Source: Actinomycetales bacterium (lineage in GTDB: Bacteria > Actinomycetota > Actinomycetes > S36-B12). Taken from it: 64,000 nt of DNA. The notes under the pieces are model-generated. The model had not been told where the DNA came from, ran no database searches, and saw only the letters and a program-made list of their open reading frames with translations. Location: positions 1,933 to 65,932 of the forward strand of contig JAGWVT010000006.1 in NCBI GenBank assembly GCA_018970765.1, in the 5' to 3' direction. This document shows positions 35,415 through 45,384 of the stretch, in pieces. How positions within the stretch are numbered: the stretch's first letter is position 1; the number at the start of each line of letters is the position of its first letter. The translations under genes and the position numbers were made by a program.

Positions 35415-38400
35415 TCAGTGCGTCGGGGTGCTAGCACCGGCAGCGTTCGTTGCCCGTGACGTGCCCTGAGCAACCAGCGTGCGCAAGACCCGAAGTGCCA
35501 CGGACAGGGTTGCCAGATCTACCTCCTCTTGGCTGGCCACCTCATCCAAGGTCGCACGCGAGCGCGCCAATCCGGCGGCGTGAGCCTGCTCCCAGGCCAT
35601 TACGCGCTCAAGGGGCGGTTGGCCCGGATCGGTGAAGCGCACGATGCGGGCCGTCAGTGCCGCCACCACCGAGTACAGGTCGCTGCGCAGGGCCTGCCGC
35701 GCAAGTGCGTTCCAGCGGTCGGAGCGCGGCAACGCGGTAATGCGGAACAACGTGCGGTCCATGTCATAACGCTCGGAGATCGTGAAGTACAGCGGGATCA
35801 CCGTGGCTGGATCCTCTCCGGACCGCGTGGAGATATCCGTAATATCCAACAGGGTGAACAGGTCAAGGTTGACCGCAATCTCAGCGGCGAGGTCGGCGGG
35901 CGCGCCATCCTGCTCGAAACTCGTTGTCAATCGACGCAGCCGATCGGCCTCCGCCCCGAGCAAACTACTCGGCACGATGTCCGCATATCCATCCACCACG
36001 GCACTGAACTGGGCGATCTCCGCCGCCACGTTGACCGCCCCACCACGCGTCTGCAGGAACCACCGAATTGAGCGGTCCAACAGACGCCGATTCTCTACGT
36101 GCAGCCGGTTCTGCAGTTCAGTGCTGACCTTGCCGTCCAGTGCGTTGATGCGATCGGCGACCTCGGCCGTCTTGAAGACTTCCATCGACACGGTCGCGGC
36201 GCGCACAACGTCAATGGGTTGCGCGCCAGTTTCCTCGATGGCCCGAAACACCACGGTGATGCCACCGCTGTTGATGAGCCGATTGCAGACCACCGTGTTG
36301 ATGATCCGGTCCCGTAAGGGGTGGGTATCCAGTAGATCGTTGAAGCGCTCGCTGATCTCCTGAGGAAAGTACGCCCGAAGCGCCCTGCCGTACCAGGGAT
36401 CCCGTGCGAGATCCGATGCGTTCAGCGCTGCCGTCAAAGAGATCTTGGCGTAGGCCAAGAGCACGGCAAGCTCCGGTGAGGTGAGCCCCTGCCCTGCCGT
36501 CTGGCGGGTCCGCATCTCCTCATCGTCGGGCAGGTTTTCGACCGCACGATTGAGCAGGCCTTCCCGCTCAAGCTCGCGAATCATGCGCTGGTGCACGGAG
36601 ATTAGATTGGGTGCGCCGTAGCGAGCTATCCCCAGGGTGAGGTTCTGCGCGTAGTTGTCATCGAGGACAGCTTGCGCCACTTGGTCGGTCAATGAGGCGA
36701 GCAGCGGATTGCGGTCCTGCGGGTCCAGCGCGCCGACCTTGATGGCGTTGTCCAAGAGGATCTTCAGGTTGACCTCGTGATCAGAGGTGTCGACTCCAGC
36801 AGAGTTGTCGATAGCGTCCGTATTGAGGCGCACACCGTGGCGTGCGGCTTCAACTCGCCCCAACTGCGTCAGGCCTAGATTTCCACCCTCACCGATGACC
36901 TGACAGCGCAACTGATCACCGTTTATGCGCACGCTGTCGTTGGCGCGATCGCCGACATCGGCATTGGTTTCGGTACGCGCCTTGACGTAGGTGCCGATCC
37001 CGCCATTCCACAGTAGGTGCACCGGTGCCTGAAGAATCGCCTTGACGACCTCCTGTGGTGAACGTGGCTCCGGCAAGCCCGGCAGGCCAAGGGCTGCCCA
37101 GGCCTGTTCCGACAGCTCGATCGACTTCATGGCGCGCGAGAAGATCCCTCCACCGGCTGAGATCTTCGTCGCGTCGTAGTCCTGCCAGCTCGAGCGCGGC
37201 AGGGCAAATAGGCGCTTGCGTTCCTGGAAGGTGACTGTTGGATCCGGATTCGGATCGATGAAGATGTCGCGATGATCAAATGCTGCGACCAGTTTGATGT
37301 GTTCGCTCAGCAGCATGCCGTTACCGAAGACGTCACCGCTCATGTCGCCAATGCCCACGACGGTGAAGTCGTCAGCCTGAGGGTCTAGATCGATTTCGCG
37401 GAAGTGACGCCGCACCGATTCCCAGGCACCGCGCGCGGTGATGCCCATAGCCTTGTGGTCATATCCGGCGGAACCGCCTGAGGCGAAGGCATCCCCGAGC
37501 CAAAAGTCATATTCAGAGGCGATCGAGTTCGCCAAGTCTGAGAAGGTCGCCGTTCCCTTGTCGGCGGCGACCACTAGGTAGGGATCATCGCCGTCGCGCC
37601 GTACGACATGAGGTGGCGGAACGATTACACCATCAACGAGGTTGTCCGTGAGATCAAGGAGCGCCGAGACGAACTCCCGGTAGCAGGCTTGCCCTTCACG
37701 CATCCAGGCATCCCGATCCACGGCCGGGTCAGGCAGTGCCGCTGGACAAAAGCCCCCCTTGGCCCCAACCGGAACAATGACGGCGTTCTTCACCTCCTGA
37801 GCTTTCACCAAACCCAAGATTTCTGTGCGCAGGTCCTCGCGCCGGTCACTCCACCGCAAACCGCCGCGAGCCACCGAGCCACGGCGCAGGTGAACACCTT
37901 CTACGCGTGGCGAATAAACCCATATCTCCACCCAGGGTCGCGGTTGCGGGAGTTCGGTGATGCTGCCGCTGTCGATCTTGAATGCAAGGGAGCGTCGGTC
38001 TGGACGATCCGGAGCATAAATATTCGTGCGTAGTGTTGCAGTGACCACTGAGAGCATCAGGCGCAGGATCCGGTCCTGATCCAAGCTAGGCACGGCGTCC
38101 AAGGCCCGCTTAATTGCACCGACACCCGCGTTGGCCCGAGCATCAGCGGCGGCCAATTCATCCGGTGATGCGCGAAGTGACGGATTGAGTCGATCGTTGA
38201 ACAGGTCCACCTGCATGGCGACAATTCCGGCATTTGCAAGTAACGCCTGGTGAATGTACTCCTGTCCAAACGCCACACCGATCTGGCGTATGTAGCGGAC
38301 CAGGGCACGAACCAGCACAACCTGTTGCCAGGTCAGCCCAGCGAGCAGGATCAATCCGTTCAGTGGGTCGGATTCACACCGACCCGACCAGGCCGCTTCG

Positions 38401-40301
38401 AATCCTGCACAGAAGCGTTCCGCCGCATCCGCTCGCACCTGCGGGGCGACGTCGGGTAAGACGAGTCCGAAGTCCAGTACCCAAGCCTGAGCGGTATCCG
38501 GTCCGTCAACCTGATACGGACGCTCATCAATGACCTCTGCTCCCATGGCTTGCAGGATCGGCAGGATCTTCGACAGCGACATTGCTGGTCCGATTCGGAT
38601 AACGGTGAACCGGACTTGCGCCGCTGCCACATCGTCGATCCAGCGCAATTCAAGTGCGAGCTCGCCCGGGGTCAGACGCTCCAGGGTCACCGCATCGCGA
38701 ACCGCCTGGTCCGCAGTGAAGGCAGCCTTATAGGTGCTGGAATACCCATTGAGGTATCTCGGCAGCAAACGGGTTGCCTCAGCCTCGCCCAGGGTGGCCA
38801 CCATTGCGTCGGTGAAGTCGTCCTCCCAACTACGCGTAGCCTGCGCAACCTGCGCCTGCAGGTTCTGCAGGTCCAGCGCTCGCACCTGCGCCGGGTCAGT
38901 CCCAGGTGGCAGGTGGATGACATAGTGCACGCGGGCCAGGACGTTCTCGGTTACCCATGCGGTGTAGTCGACGCCAATGCCATGGAATGCAGCCATGAGG
39001 AACTGCTCGACACCCTGTCGGACCGTCGTGGTGTACCGATCGCGCGGTAGGTAGACGATGCATGACACATAGCGGCCGTAGTCGTCGACGCGAGTGAATA
39101 ACTTCGTCTGGCGGCGATCCTGTAGATGCATGGCCGCTTCAGCCACGGGAATTAGCTCATCGACGCCCAGTTGGAAGAACTCGTCCCGCGGATAGGTCTG
39201 CAGGAACTGCTGCAAGTCCTTGGCGCTATGCGAACCCGGCACAAGTTCAAGGGCCTCGAGCACGGCCTGGACTTTGCGGGCAAGACCCGGAACGTCACTA
39301 AGGGGTTCAGCGTAGGCCGATGCGGTGAAAAGGCCCAAGAATCTTCGCTCACCAACCACTCGCCCCTGGCTGTCGAATGTCTTGACACCGATGTAGTCCA
39401 GGTAGGCATCCCGATGAACGGTCGAGCGCACATTCGCCTTGTTCAACTGCAGTACGCGCGGTTCGTGGATGCGTGCGCGCACTGGCTCAGCCAACTCGGC
39501 AAAACTGGCGGACATGTGTGAATGGGCTGCGCCCATCTCCCGCAAAATCCCCAGGCCGGTCTGCGGCAGTACGTCCAATTCATCCTGGCCGTCACGGGTT
39601 GTGATCCGATACTCGCGATACCCGAGGAATGTGAAGTGGTCTTGCACGAGCCAGGACAGCAGGTCCGCGGCATCATCGGCAGAAATATCGTCGATTCCTT
39701 GATCCGAACTGATTGCAGGAGGATTCGCCTTGAGGTCTGCGCTGATCTGCAGGGCCTGGTCCCGCATCTTCGCCCAGTCTTCGACGGCAGCTCTGACATC
39801 GGCGAGCACCACGACGATGCGTTCGGCAAGTTGCCTGTCGTCCTGGGCCAAGTAGTCGCGCTCCATTTCGATGCGCATCCAGGATTCGGCGATCGTGCCC
39901 AACGGGCGCTCTGCGTCGATGTCGACGTCGAGAACCTCAAGGAGTTGGCCATCTGCATCCCGGCGCACCGTTAGGAGTGGGTGGATGACGACTCGCACTG
40001 TGCGTCCTTGGCGAGCAAGTTCACTGGTCACCGAATCAACGAGGAATGGCATGTCGTCGGTGACAATGCTCAGCACAGTTGCACCCGGCTCGTCAGTGAC
40101 ATCGACCAGCGGCGTTCGCTCACTTCGGTGAAGCGCAAAGGCACGCATGGCCTGGACCTGCTCGATCAGTCCATCTGGGCTAGATGGGGGCAGGTCCTCG
40201 GCCGCGACGTTATGGAAGAACCGCTGGGCGAGCGTTCGATCCTGCGGATCATCAAGTTGCGCAATTTGCTGGCCGAGTTCCTGCAGGCCGATGAGGGGCA
40301 C
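35415..40301 (-). CDS. gdh: NAD-specific glutamate dehydrogenase, large (180-kDa) class
   Basis: 1628 aa with RGGLRWSDRREDLRTEILGLVKAQEVKNAVIVPVGAKGGF, GITARGAWESV and GDMSGDVFGNGML. Confidence 0.9.
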   Translation of the reverse strand: MPLIGLQELGQQIAQLDDPQDRTLAQRFFHNVAAEDLPPSSPDGLIEQVQAMRAFALHRSERTPLVDVTDEPGATVLSIVTDDMPFLVDSVTSELARQGRTVRVVIHPLLTVRRDADGQLLEVLDVDIDAERPLGTIAESWMRIEMERDYLAQDDRQLAERIVVVLADVRAAVEDWAKMRDQALQISADLKANPPAISSDQGIDDISADDAADLLSWLVQDHFTFLGYREYRITTRDGQDELDVLPQTGLGILREMGAAHSHMSASFAELAEPVRARIHEPRVLQLNKANVRSTVHRDAYLDYIGVKTFDSQGRVVGERRFLGLFTASAYAEPLSDVPGLARKVQAVLEALELVPGSHSAKDLQQFLQTYPRDEFFQLGVDELIPVAEAAMHLQDRRQTKLFTRVDDYGRYVSCIVYLPRDRYTTTVRQGVEQFLMAAFHGIGVDYTAWVTENVLARVHYVIHLPPGTDPAQVRALDLQNLQAQVAQATRSWEDDFTDAMVATLGEAEATRLLPRYLNGYSSTYKAAFTADQAVRDAVTLERLTPGELALELRWIDDVAAAQVRFTVIRIGPAMSLSKILPILQAMGAEVIDERPYQVDGPDTAQAWVLDFGLVLPDVAPQVRADAAERFCAGFEAAWSGRCESDPLNGLILLAGLTWQQVVLVRALVRYIRQIGVAFGQEYIHQALLANAGIVAMQVDLFNDRLNPSLRASPDELAAADARANAGVGAIKRALDAVPSLDQDRILRLMLSVVTATLRTNIYAPDRPDRRSLAFKIDSGSITELPQPRPWVEIWVYSPRVEGVHLRRGSVARGGLRWSDRREDLRTEILGLVKAQEVKNAVIVPVGAKGGFCPAALPDPAVDRDAWMREGQACYREFVSALLDLTDNLVDGVIVPPPHVVRRDGDDPYLVVAADKGTATFSDLANSIASEYDFWLGDAFASGGSAGYDHKAMGITARGAWESVRRHFREIDLDPQADDFTVVGIGDMSGDVFGNGMLLSEHIKLVAAFDHRDIFIDPNPDPTVTFQERKRLFALPRSSWQDYDATKISAGGGIFSRAMKSIELSEQAWAALGLPGLPEPRSPQEVVKAILQAPVHLLWNGGIGTYVKARTETNADVGDRANDSVRINGDQLRCQVIGEGGNLGLTQLGRVEAARHGVRLNTDAIDNSAGVDTSDHEVNLKILLDNAIKVGALDPQDRNPLLASLTDQVAQAVLDDNYAQNLTLGIARYGAPNLISVHQRMIRELEREGLLNRAVENLPDDEEMRTRQTAGQGLTSPELAVLLAYAKISLTAALNASDLARDPWYGRALRAYFPQEISERFNDLLDTHPLRDRIINTVVCNRLINSGGITVVFRAIEETGAQPIDVVRAATVSMEVFKTAEVADRINALDGKVSTELQNRLHVENRRLLDRSIRWFLQTRGGAVNVAAEIAQFSAVVDGYADIVPSSLLGAEADRLRRLTTSFEQDGAPADLAAEIAVNLDLFTLLDITDISTRSGEDPATVIPLYFTISERYDMDRTLFRITALPRSDRWNALARQALRSDLYSVVAALTARIVRFTDPGQPPLERVMAWEQAHAAGLARSRATLDEVASQEEVDLATLSVALRVLRTLVAQGTSRATNAAGASTPTH

Positions 40302-40319
40302 GGCGTTACGCTACTTCAG

Positions 40320-40823
40320 ATGCCTCGCGACGTGGTACGGGAATTCAGTTGGGTTGCTGCGCCTGAAAACGTTTACGACATTTTCACGGACGAGTCGTTC
40401 CAGCGCCAACTGGCTGCGAGCACCGGCTCTTTGGAGGTTCAGGTCCGGGTGAACCAATCGCCCAGCGGTCGGATCGTCCAAACCAGCCGCGTGCTGCCTG
40501 CCCAGGTACCCTCCTTCGCGCGCCCTCTGGTCGGTGAAACGGTGCGCGTTGAAGAGGAACAGCGTTGGCAAGCCCTCGAGAACCAGCGAACCACGGCCGA
40601 CCTACGCATCACGTTCTCTGGCCCACTGGTAGGTCAAGGCACCTTCGAGCTGCGCCCCGGGTCCGAACCGGGCACAACCCAGGGCCGTTTCGCACTGACC
40701 TTCAAGGCAAATGTGCCCTTTGTCGCAGGCAAGGTCGAAGCTCTTATCGCCGAACAGATCGAGCAGTACCTACAGGTTCAGGCAGCGCTCGTCACTGAAT
40801 GGCTAAAAGACCCTCAGTCGTGA
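40320..40823 (+). CDS. DUF2505 (SRPBCC-fold) protein
   Basis: ATG at 40320, 167 aa, MPRDVVREFSWVAAPENVYDIFTDESF... The upstream part of ORF 39981.. is antisense to gdh. Confidence 0.55.
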   Translation: MPRDVVREFSWVAAPENVYDIFTDESFQRQLAASTGSLEVQVRVNQSPSGRIVQTSRVLPAQVPSFARPLVGETVRVEEEQRWQALENQRTTADLRITFSGPLVGQGTFELRPGSEPGTTQGRFALTFKANVPFVAGKVEALIAEQIEQYLQVQAALVTEWLKDPQS

Positions 40824-41437
40824 CTGGCCCAGAATTGGATTGCCGTCACAACGAGAACTACCGCCGCCACGCCGATATAGACCGATGAACCCAGGCCGCT
40901 AAAAGACCACAGATTCGTCAACTCGCCCATGCCAGCGATGATCAACAGGGTGCTGAGCGGCTGGCGCATCGCCATGATGGGCCCAGCCTTGAGGATTTTG
41001 AAGGCCCGTGAGTTCGTCACTGCGGCTAGCTCTTCGGGCAGTCGAAGAACCTGATCCTCCAGGTCCTTGTTCTGCTTGGCCAGCCGTTCGCGATCAGCCT
41101 GCAGTTCTGCCAGTTGACGCTCCATCTCACCGCGCGTCGCGGTAAGTTCGGTCATGCGGGCCTCGAGTTCCGTGCGCTGGCGCTGGACCTCTTCGAGTCG
41201 GACGGCCATCGTCTCGCGTTCGATCGACAGATCCACCAGGCGCTGCTGCGTCTGATCCGGTACGGCCGGGACAGTGGGCACAGTGGGCACTACCGGCGCC
41301 GTCACCGACTCAGCCCAACCAACGCCAACACTGGGTGGCACCTCACTTACGGCCGGGCCGTATCCCCCCGGAACCATGGACATCGGTCCACCCAGTGGTG
41401 TTACCGATGCCGACTTGATTTTGTCCTGCTTACCCAT
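40814..41437 (-). CDS. coiled-coil protein with two C-terminal TMs, hypothetical
   Basis: ATG at 41437 preceded by GAAGGGAG. A Pro/Val-rich N-terminus is followed by about 80 aa of heptad-like ERE/QLAEL coiled coil, then LSTLLIIAGMG and VYIGVAAVVLVVTAIQFW. Confidence 0.5.
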   Translation of the reverse strand: MGKQDKIKSASVTPLGGPMSMVPGGYGPAVSEVPPSVGVGWAESVTAPVVPTVPTVPAVPDQTQQRLVDLSIERETMAVRLEEVQRQRTELEARMTELTATRGEMERQLAELQADRERLAKQNKDLEDQVLRLPEELAAVTNSRAFKILKAGPIMAMRQPLSTLLIIAGMGELTNLWSFSGLGSSVYIGVAAVVLVVTAIQFWASHD

Positions 41438-41463
41438 GACGACTCCCTTCAACGGCCCTCAGG

Positions 41464-41883
41464 CTAGCCCGAAGCGGTGGGTGCCGGTTGGGCGTTCTGC
41501 GATTCGGACCTAAACGCTCCGACGGGTTCGTCAATCTCGGCGAACACGATGAAGCGGTGATCAGCCAGTTGCTGGGCCACGCGTAGAGCAACGGTCCGGG
41601 TGACCGGTTTGGTGAAATCCACCCGCCACATGTTGTTGCCCAGGGCGGGTCCTAGTCGAAGCATCTGCCGAGCACTTCCCGTCACCTTGGACGAACCCAA
41701 CAGTGGCAGAGAATCATTAGGCACGCGGCCAGGCTCGTACTGCACGATGAGCGAGGACACGCGATCAGTGGAGGACGCAGCGGCCTGCGCCGCCGTAAAT
41801 AGCGATAGTGCGAATGCAGCGAGCAGAACCGCGGTGGTCACCAACAGTTGCCGAGCCCAACGGTCTTGCCAGACCGCAATCAC
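41464..41883 (-). CDS. small secreted protein, hypothetical
   Basis: The GTG at 41883 lies 1 nt after the WS/DGAT stop. Signal-peptide-like LLVTTAVLLAAFALSLFTAAQAAAS. 139 aa. Confidence 0.45.
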   Translation of the reverse strand: MIAVWQDRWARQLLVTTAVLLAAFALSLFTAAQAAASSTDRVSSLIVQYEPGRVPNDSLPLLGSSKVTGSARQMLRLGPALGNNMWRVDFTKPVTRTVALRVAQQLADHRFIVFAEIDEPVGAFRSESQNAQPAPTASG

Positions 41884-41884
41884 C

Positions 41885-43294
41885 CTAGTCAACTTCAGGA
41901 ACCAGGCGCATTCGAGACGTGCCGTCATGGGCAAGTCGTGACAGTTCATCGACAGCGGTGCCCAGGGCGCCACCGAGGTCCTCGATGTCGGCCATGGAGT
42001 CACGGTCGGCGTTCAACCCGAAGTGCACCCCACCAGCGTAGGACGTCAAGCCAATGCTCAGTGCCTGGTTCTGACCGAGCGGCATGACCGGGTATGAGGC
42101 GTGGAGGCGACAGCCCGATACATACAGCGGTTGCTGCGGGCCCGGCACATTCGTGACGGCCAGCGCATACATGCGGCTGGACAGGCGCGTCACCAACCGC
42201 GCACTGAGCGCATGCAAGGTTGCTGGGCCAAAGCCTGCCATTGCGATGATCGCCTGGGCACCCACACTGCCTGCCGAAGTGTTGTACTGGGTACTTTCGA
42301 AACTGATTCGTCGTAGTCGAACGATCGGATCCGGTTCACCGATCGGCAGGTCGACAAGGAACGCGGAAACCGGATCGTCGGTAGTGCTGATGGGGATGAG
42401 CGCGCGAATACAGGTGGACGGCTCTACCGGATCACCTCGACCAGTCAGCCAGCTACGCAGGGCTCCGGCGATGACGGTCAGGATCACATCGTTGACCGTA
42501 CCGCCAAGCTGACGATGGATCTGCTGGAATTCAGCCAGGGGTAGGTCGACGGTGGCGAATCGGCGCTGCGCGCCAATGGGTCGGCTCAGGGAACCATGGC
42601 CCGCGCCCCGTGCGACGTCGGCTGCCGTGGAAACAGCCTGCCAGCCCCGACGACCGAGGTCGGAGAAGGCGCCAAGCACCTCTTCGCCGCCCTGCCAAGC
42701 CCTGGCCAGCATCTGCTGCGGATGGGCCAACGGCTCACTCAGCGCTGCCGTCAGAAGTTCTAGGTCCGTGGGTTCTGCCGCGGGTCGCCAGGGATCGGCG
42801 TCGAAGTGCGAACTGCCGACATCGGTCTCATCCATCAGCACCTGCGAAATGTCGAGGGCGACCAAGCCGTCCACGAGCGCCTGGTGGGTCTTGGTAACGA
42901 TCGCGAAGCAGCCGTCATCAAGACCCTCGATGAGATACATCTCCCACAGTGGTCGCGCGCGATCCAGTGGTCGACTCATCAGGCGCGAGACGAGTTCATT
43001 CAGTTGGCGTCGCGAGCCAGGCCGCGGCAACGCCGATCGTCGCACGTGGTACGTCACATCGAATTGACTGTCGTCGACCCACACCGGTCGAGCGATTCCA
43101 AGGGGTACCTCGCGGATCCGCTTGCGGTATCGGGGAACGTACGGAATGCGCTGCCGAATGAGTCGAACGAGTCGGTCATGGTCGAAGCCCTGAGCAGGCG
43201 TCTGGAAGATCGACACCGTTCCTACGTGTGTCGGCGCTCCGGGAGAATCGCGGTACAGATAGGCGGCGTCTGCTGATGCAAGGCGCTCGGGCAT
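41885..43294 (-). CDS. wax ester synthase / diacylglycerol acyltransferase (WS/DGAT) family protein with an HQxxxDG motif
   Basis: ATG at 43294 preceded by GGGAGG. MPERLASADAAYLY...; the active-site region reads VTKTHQALVDG, where the family consensus is HHxxxDG. Confidence 0.85.
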   Translation of the reverse strand: MPERLASADAAYLYRDSPGAPTHVGTVSIFQTPAQGFDHDRLVRLIRQRIPYVPRYRKRIREVPLGIARPVWVDDSQFDVTYHVRRSALPRPGSRRQLNELVSRLMSRPLDRARPLWEMYLIEGLDDGCFAIVTKTHQALVDGLVALDISQVLMDETDVGSSHFDADPWRPAAEPTDLELLTAALSEPLAHPQQMLARAWQGGEEVLGAFSDLGRRGWQAVSTAADVARGAGHGSLSRPIGAQRRFATVDLPLAEFQQIHRQLGGTVNDVILTVIAGALRSWLTGRGDPVEPSTCIRALIPISTTDDPVSAFLVDLPIGEPDPIVRLRRISFESTQYNTSAGSVGAQAIIAMAGFGPATLHALSARLVTRLSSRMYALAVTNVPGPQQPLYVSGCRLHASYPVMPLGQNQALSIGLTSYAGGVHFGLNADRDSMADIEDLGGALGTAVDELSRLAHDGTSRMRLVPEVD

Positions 43295-43354
43295 AGCCAC
43301 CTCCCACGACAGTCAGGCACGCGCGCGAGTCGCCGTGCTGCTATGACGCTACCC

Positions 43355-44671
43355 TCACGCGGCGACCGGTGCCCGCACAGGTGCTTCACGGCGCGGCTCA
43401 GCGGCCCACTCTTGGGCAAGTGCGTCACCGAGTTCGCGAATCCCCCGGCGACTGCGTGACGTGGGTGCGACCTGTCGCATCGTGGTCCCCCTATCCAAGG
43501 CCCTGCTAAAGGAGCGTGCGTCCAACGCAACCTCATGGAGGGGCAGGTCGAAGCCAGCACGTCGCAGCAGTTCACGAAATCGAGCGGGGCGTCGATCACG
43601 CCGCTCGACATGTGTCATCACCACACGGATTGGGGAATCACCGGCCAGTTCACAAACGTGCGGTAGTCCGCTGATGAGTCGCGCAACGCTTAGCGCATCC
43701 GGGCGGGCAACGACCAGCACACCATCGGCCCTCGTCAACGCACTTAGCGCTGCGGCATTACGCTCAACAGCAAGTCCGGGCAACGATTGTGCAGGGCTGG
43801 TCTCCAGGCAGGACCCAATGTCGACAACGGTTGCGTCGAAGGTCTTACAGCAGATCGTCCATAGCCGTTCCAGTGCTGCTGGCCGCAGATCCGGCCATCG
43901 CTCACTGCGGCCCAACCCGGTGAGTAGGTACCAGCGATCGTCGATCAGTCGCGTGGTCGACAGCAACGAACGTGTCGCCAGTGAGCCGTTGTCAGCATGT
44001 CGGCAGGCCACAATGACACCACTCACGTCATCCAACACTCCCAAGCGCATGGCCAACGCCGGCGCGTGGGTATCGGCATCGACGGTGCAGATACGTAGGC
44101 GTTTACGCGCTAACTCAGCAGACAACTCGATGGCAATCGTCGAACGGCCGGGAGCACCCGCGGGCCCCCACACGGCAATGAGTCTGCCCGGGCCGGCCGG
44201 GGTGATTTCCTCCCAGAGGTCGGTGTCACGGGGAGCAGATGGGTCCGGCGCCACTTCGGCCCGCGGCGCGAGAAGTGACATGAGTTGGGCAATCACGTTA
44301 GCCGGATCAACAGTGCAGTCCAGCACCGTCTGGACCCCAAGTGCCTTGAACTCTGCGTCCTGCCCTTGCGCATCCCAGATGCCGATGACCCGGCGTTGAG
44401 CTGGTTCGAGTCGAGCGATGACGTCCAGACTGATGCGCGGCAGGTCGACACCCACGACCACGGCCGTGGTTGGTTCCAGCACCGCTGCAGCGAGCAGGTC
44501 GGCCGCGTCAACAGGCCTGCGAACAACCTGGATCCCAGCACTCACGGCTGCAGCGACCAGCCCCGGTTCATTACGAAGGCCAGGTGCCGCGATGATCACT
44601 CGGGGCCGCTGAGTGCTCGGTGATTCGAGCCCATTCGTCGCGGGCCCACTCGTCGCGGGCATATTCATCAC
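43355..44671 (-). CDS. CpaE/TadZ/Ssd-like MinD-ParA superfamily ATPase with an N-terminal receiver-like domain
   Basis: P-loop region AVWGPAGAPGRSTIAIELS and DADTHAPALA. The N-terminal 130 aa have an alternating beta/alpha pattern. The start overlaps the SAF gene stop (GTGA). Confidence 0.6.
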   Translation of the reverse strand: MMNMPATSGPATNGLESPSTQRPRVIIAAPGLRNEPGLVAAAVSAGIQVVRRPVDAADLLAAAVLEPTTAVVVGVDLPRISLDVIARLEPAQRRVIGIWDAQGQDAEFKALGVQTVLDCTVDPANVIAQLMSLLAPRAEVAPDPSAPRDTDLWEEITPAGPGRLIAVWGPAGAPGRSTIAIELSAELARKRLRICTVDADTHAPALAMRLGVLDDVSGVIVACRHADNGSLATRSLLSTTRLIDDRWYLLTGLGRSERWPDLRPAALERLWTICCKTFDATVVDIGSCLETSPAQSLPGLAVERNAAALSALTRADGVLVVARPDALSVARLISGLPHVCELAGDSPIRVVMTHVERRDRRPARFRELLRRAGFDLPLHEVALDARSFSRALDRGTTMRQVAPTSRSRRGIRELGDALAQEWAAEPRREAPVRAPVAA

Positions 44672-45384
44672 TGGCCCTCCATGGTTGTCGTCGCCAACGG
44701 GACGGCAACGAGATCGACCGCTCCCGCCCGCGCCGCCGCGACAACGGCAGCGGCATCACCCGGGTTCACCTGGAGCACAACAGCCATTTCCCCGCCGATA
44801 CCCACACGCTCCGTGGACACCTCAGTTACGGCTGCACTACCAAGGACCAGCTGCGGGATGCCGGTGTCCTCCGGGGTGACCCACAGTTCGACAACGTCTC
44901 CAATTTGCAGTGGCACCGGTGCATGCAGTGGATCAACGGGAATGGTGACGAGCCGCTGATTACTGAAGGCCACCGGCCCGACGGCCGCCTTGGGTAACAA
45001 CGCTCCAGCAGGCACCGGCAGCAGCATCCGGCCAGTCACAGGTGTGTCAGCGGGCCAATAGTCCTCCGCCACCGAACCAAGTGCGACTGGCACTGCCACG
45101 ACCTGTGGTGTGGCGCCGACAGGGAGGTCACGTGCGGCCCGCCAGACCATCGTGCTGCCGTCTGGCGCTGACACCAACCAGGCACCGATAAGCATGGAAC
45201 CCACCAGCAAGCCCATACCCAGCCAAAGTCGCCAGTCGCGAAACCATTGACTGCGCATGCGCCGAGCTCGCGGCGCTGAGACTGCAAAGGCGCGCCCTTC
45301 GCTGGCCGAGGTCGCAGACCCGCGCCCGCCGGTCCAATCGATCAACTGCCCGGGTAGTCGCAACATGAACCCTCCAATCAGCAC
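44668..45384 (-). CDS. SAF domain protein (CpaB/RcpC-like); start uncertain
   Basis: The TM WRLWLGMGLLVGSMLIGAWLV is followed by VWRAARDLPVGATP (SAF-like). An alternative ATG lies at 45258. Confidence 0.55.
   Translation of the reverse strand: MLIGGFMLRLPGQLIDWTGGRGSATSASEGRAFAVSAPRARRMRSQWFRDWRLWLGMGLLVGSMLIGAWLVSAPDGSTMVWRAARDLPVGATPQVVAVPVALGSVAEDYWPADTPVTGRMLLPVPAGALLPKAAVGPVAFSNQRLVTIPVDPLHAPVPLQIGDVVELWVTPEDTGIPQLVLGSAAVTEVSTERVGIGGEMAVVLQVNPGDAAAVVAAARAGAVDLVAVPLATTTMEGQ

Noticed and set aside
35415-40301. The giant 4.9-kb ORF as a polymorphic toxin or novel system component
   Set aside because: Its motifs (RGGLRWSDRREDLRTEILGLVKAQ..., GDMSGDVFGNGML) identify it as the well-known large NAD-specific glutamate dehydrogenase.
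43355-45384. A Tad/Flp pilus locus
   Set aside because: Only CpaB-like and CpaE-like genes are present. There is no CpaF/TadA ATPase, TadB/C, prepilin peptidase or pilin gene within the window.
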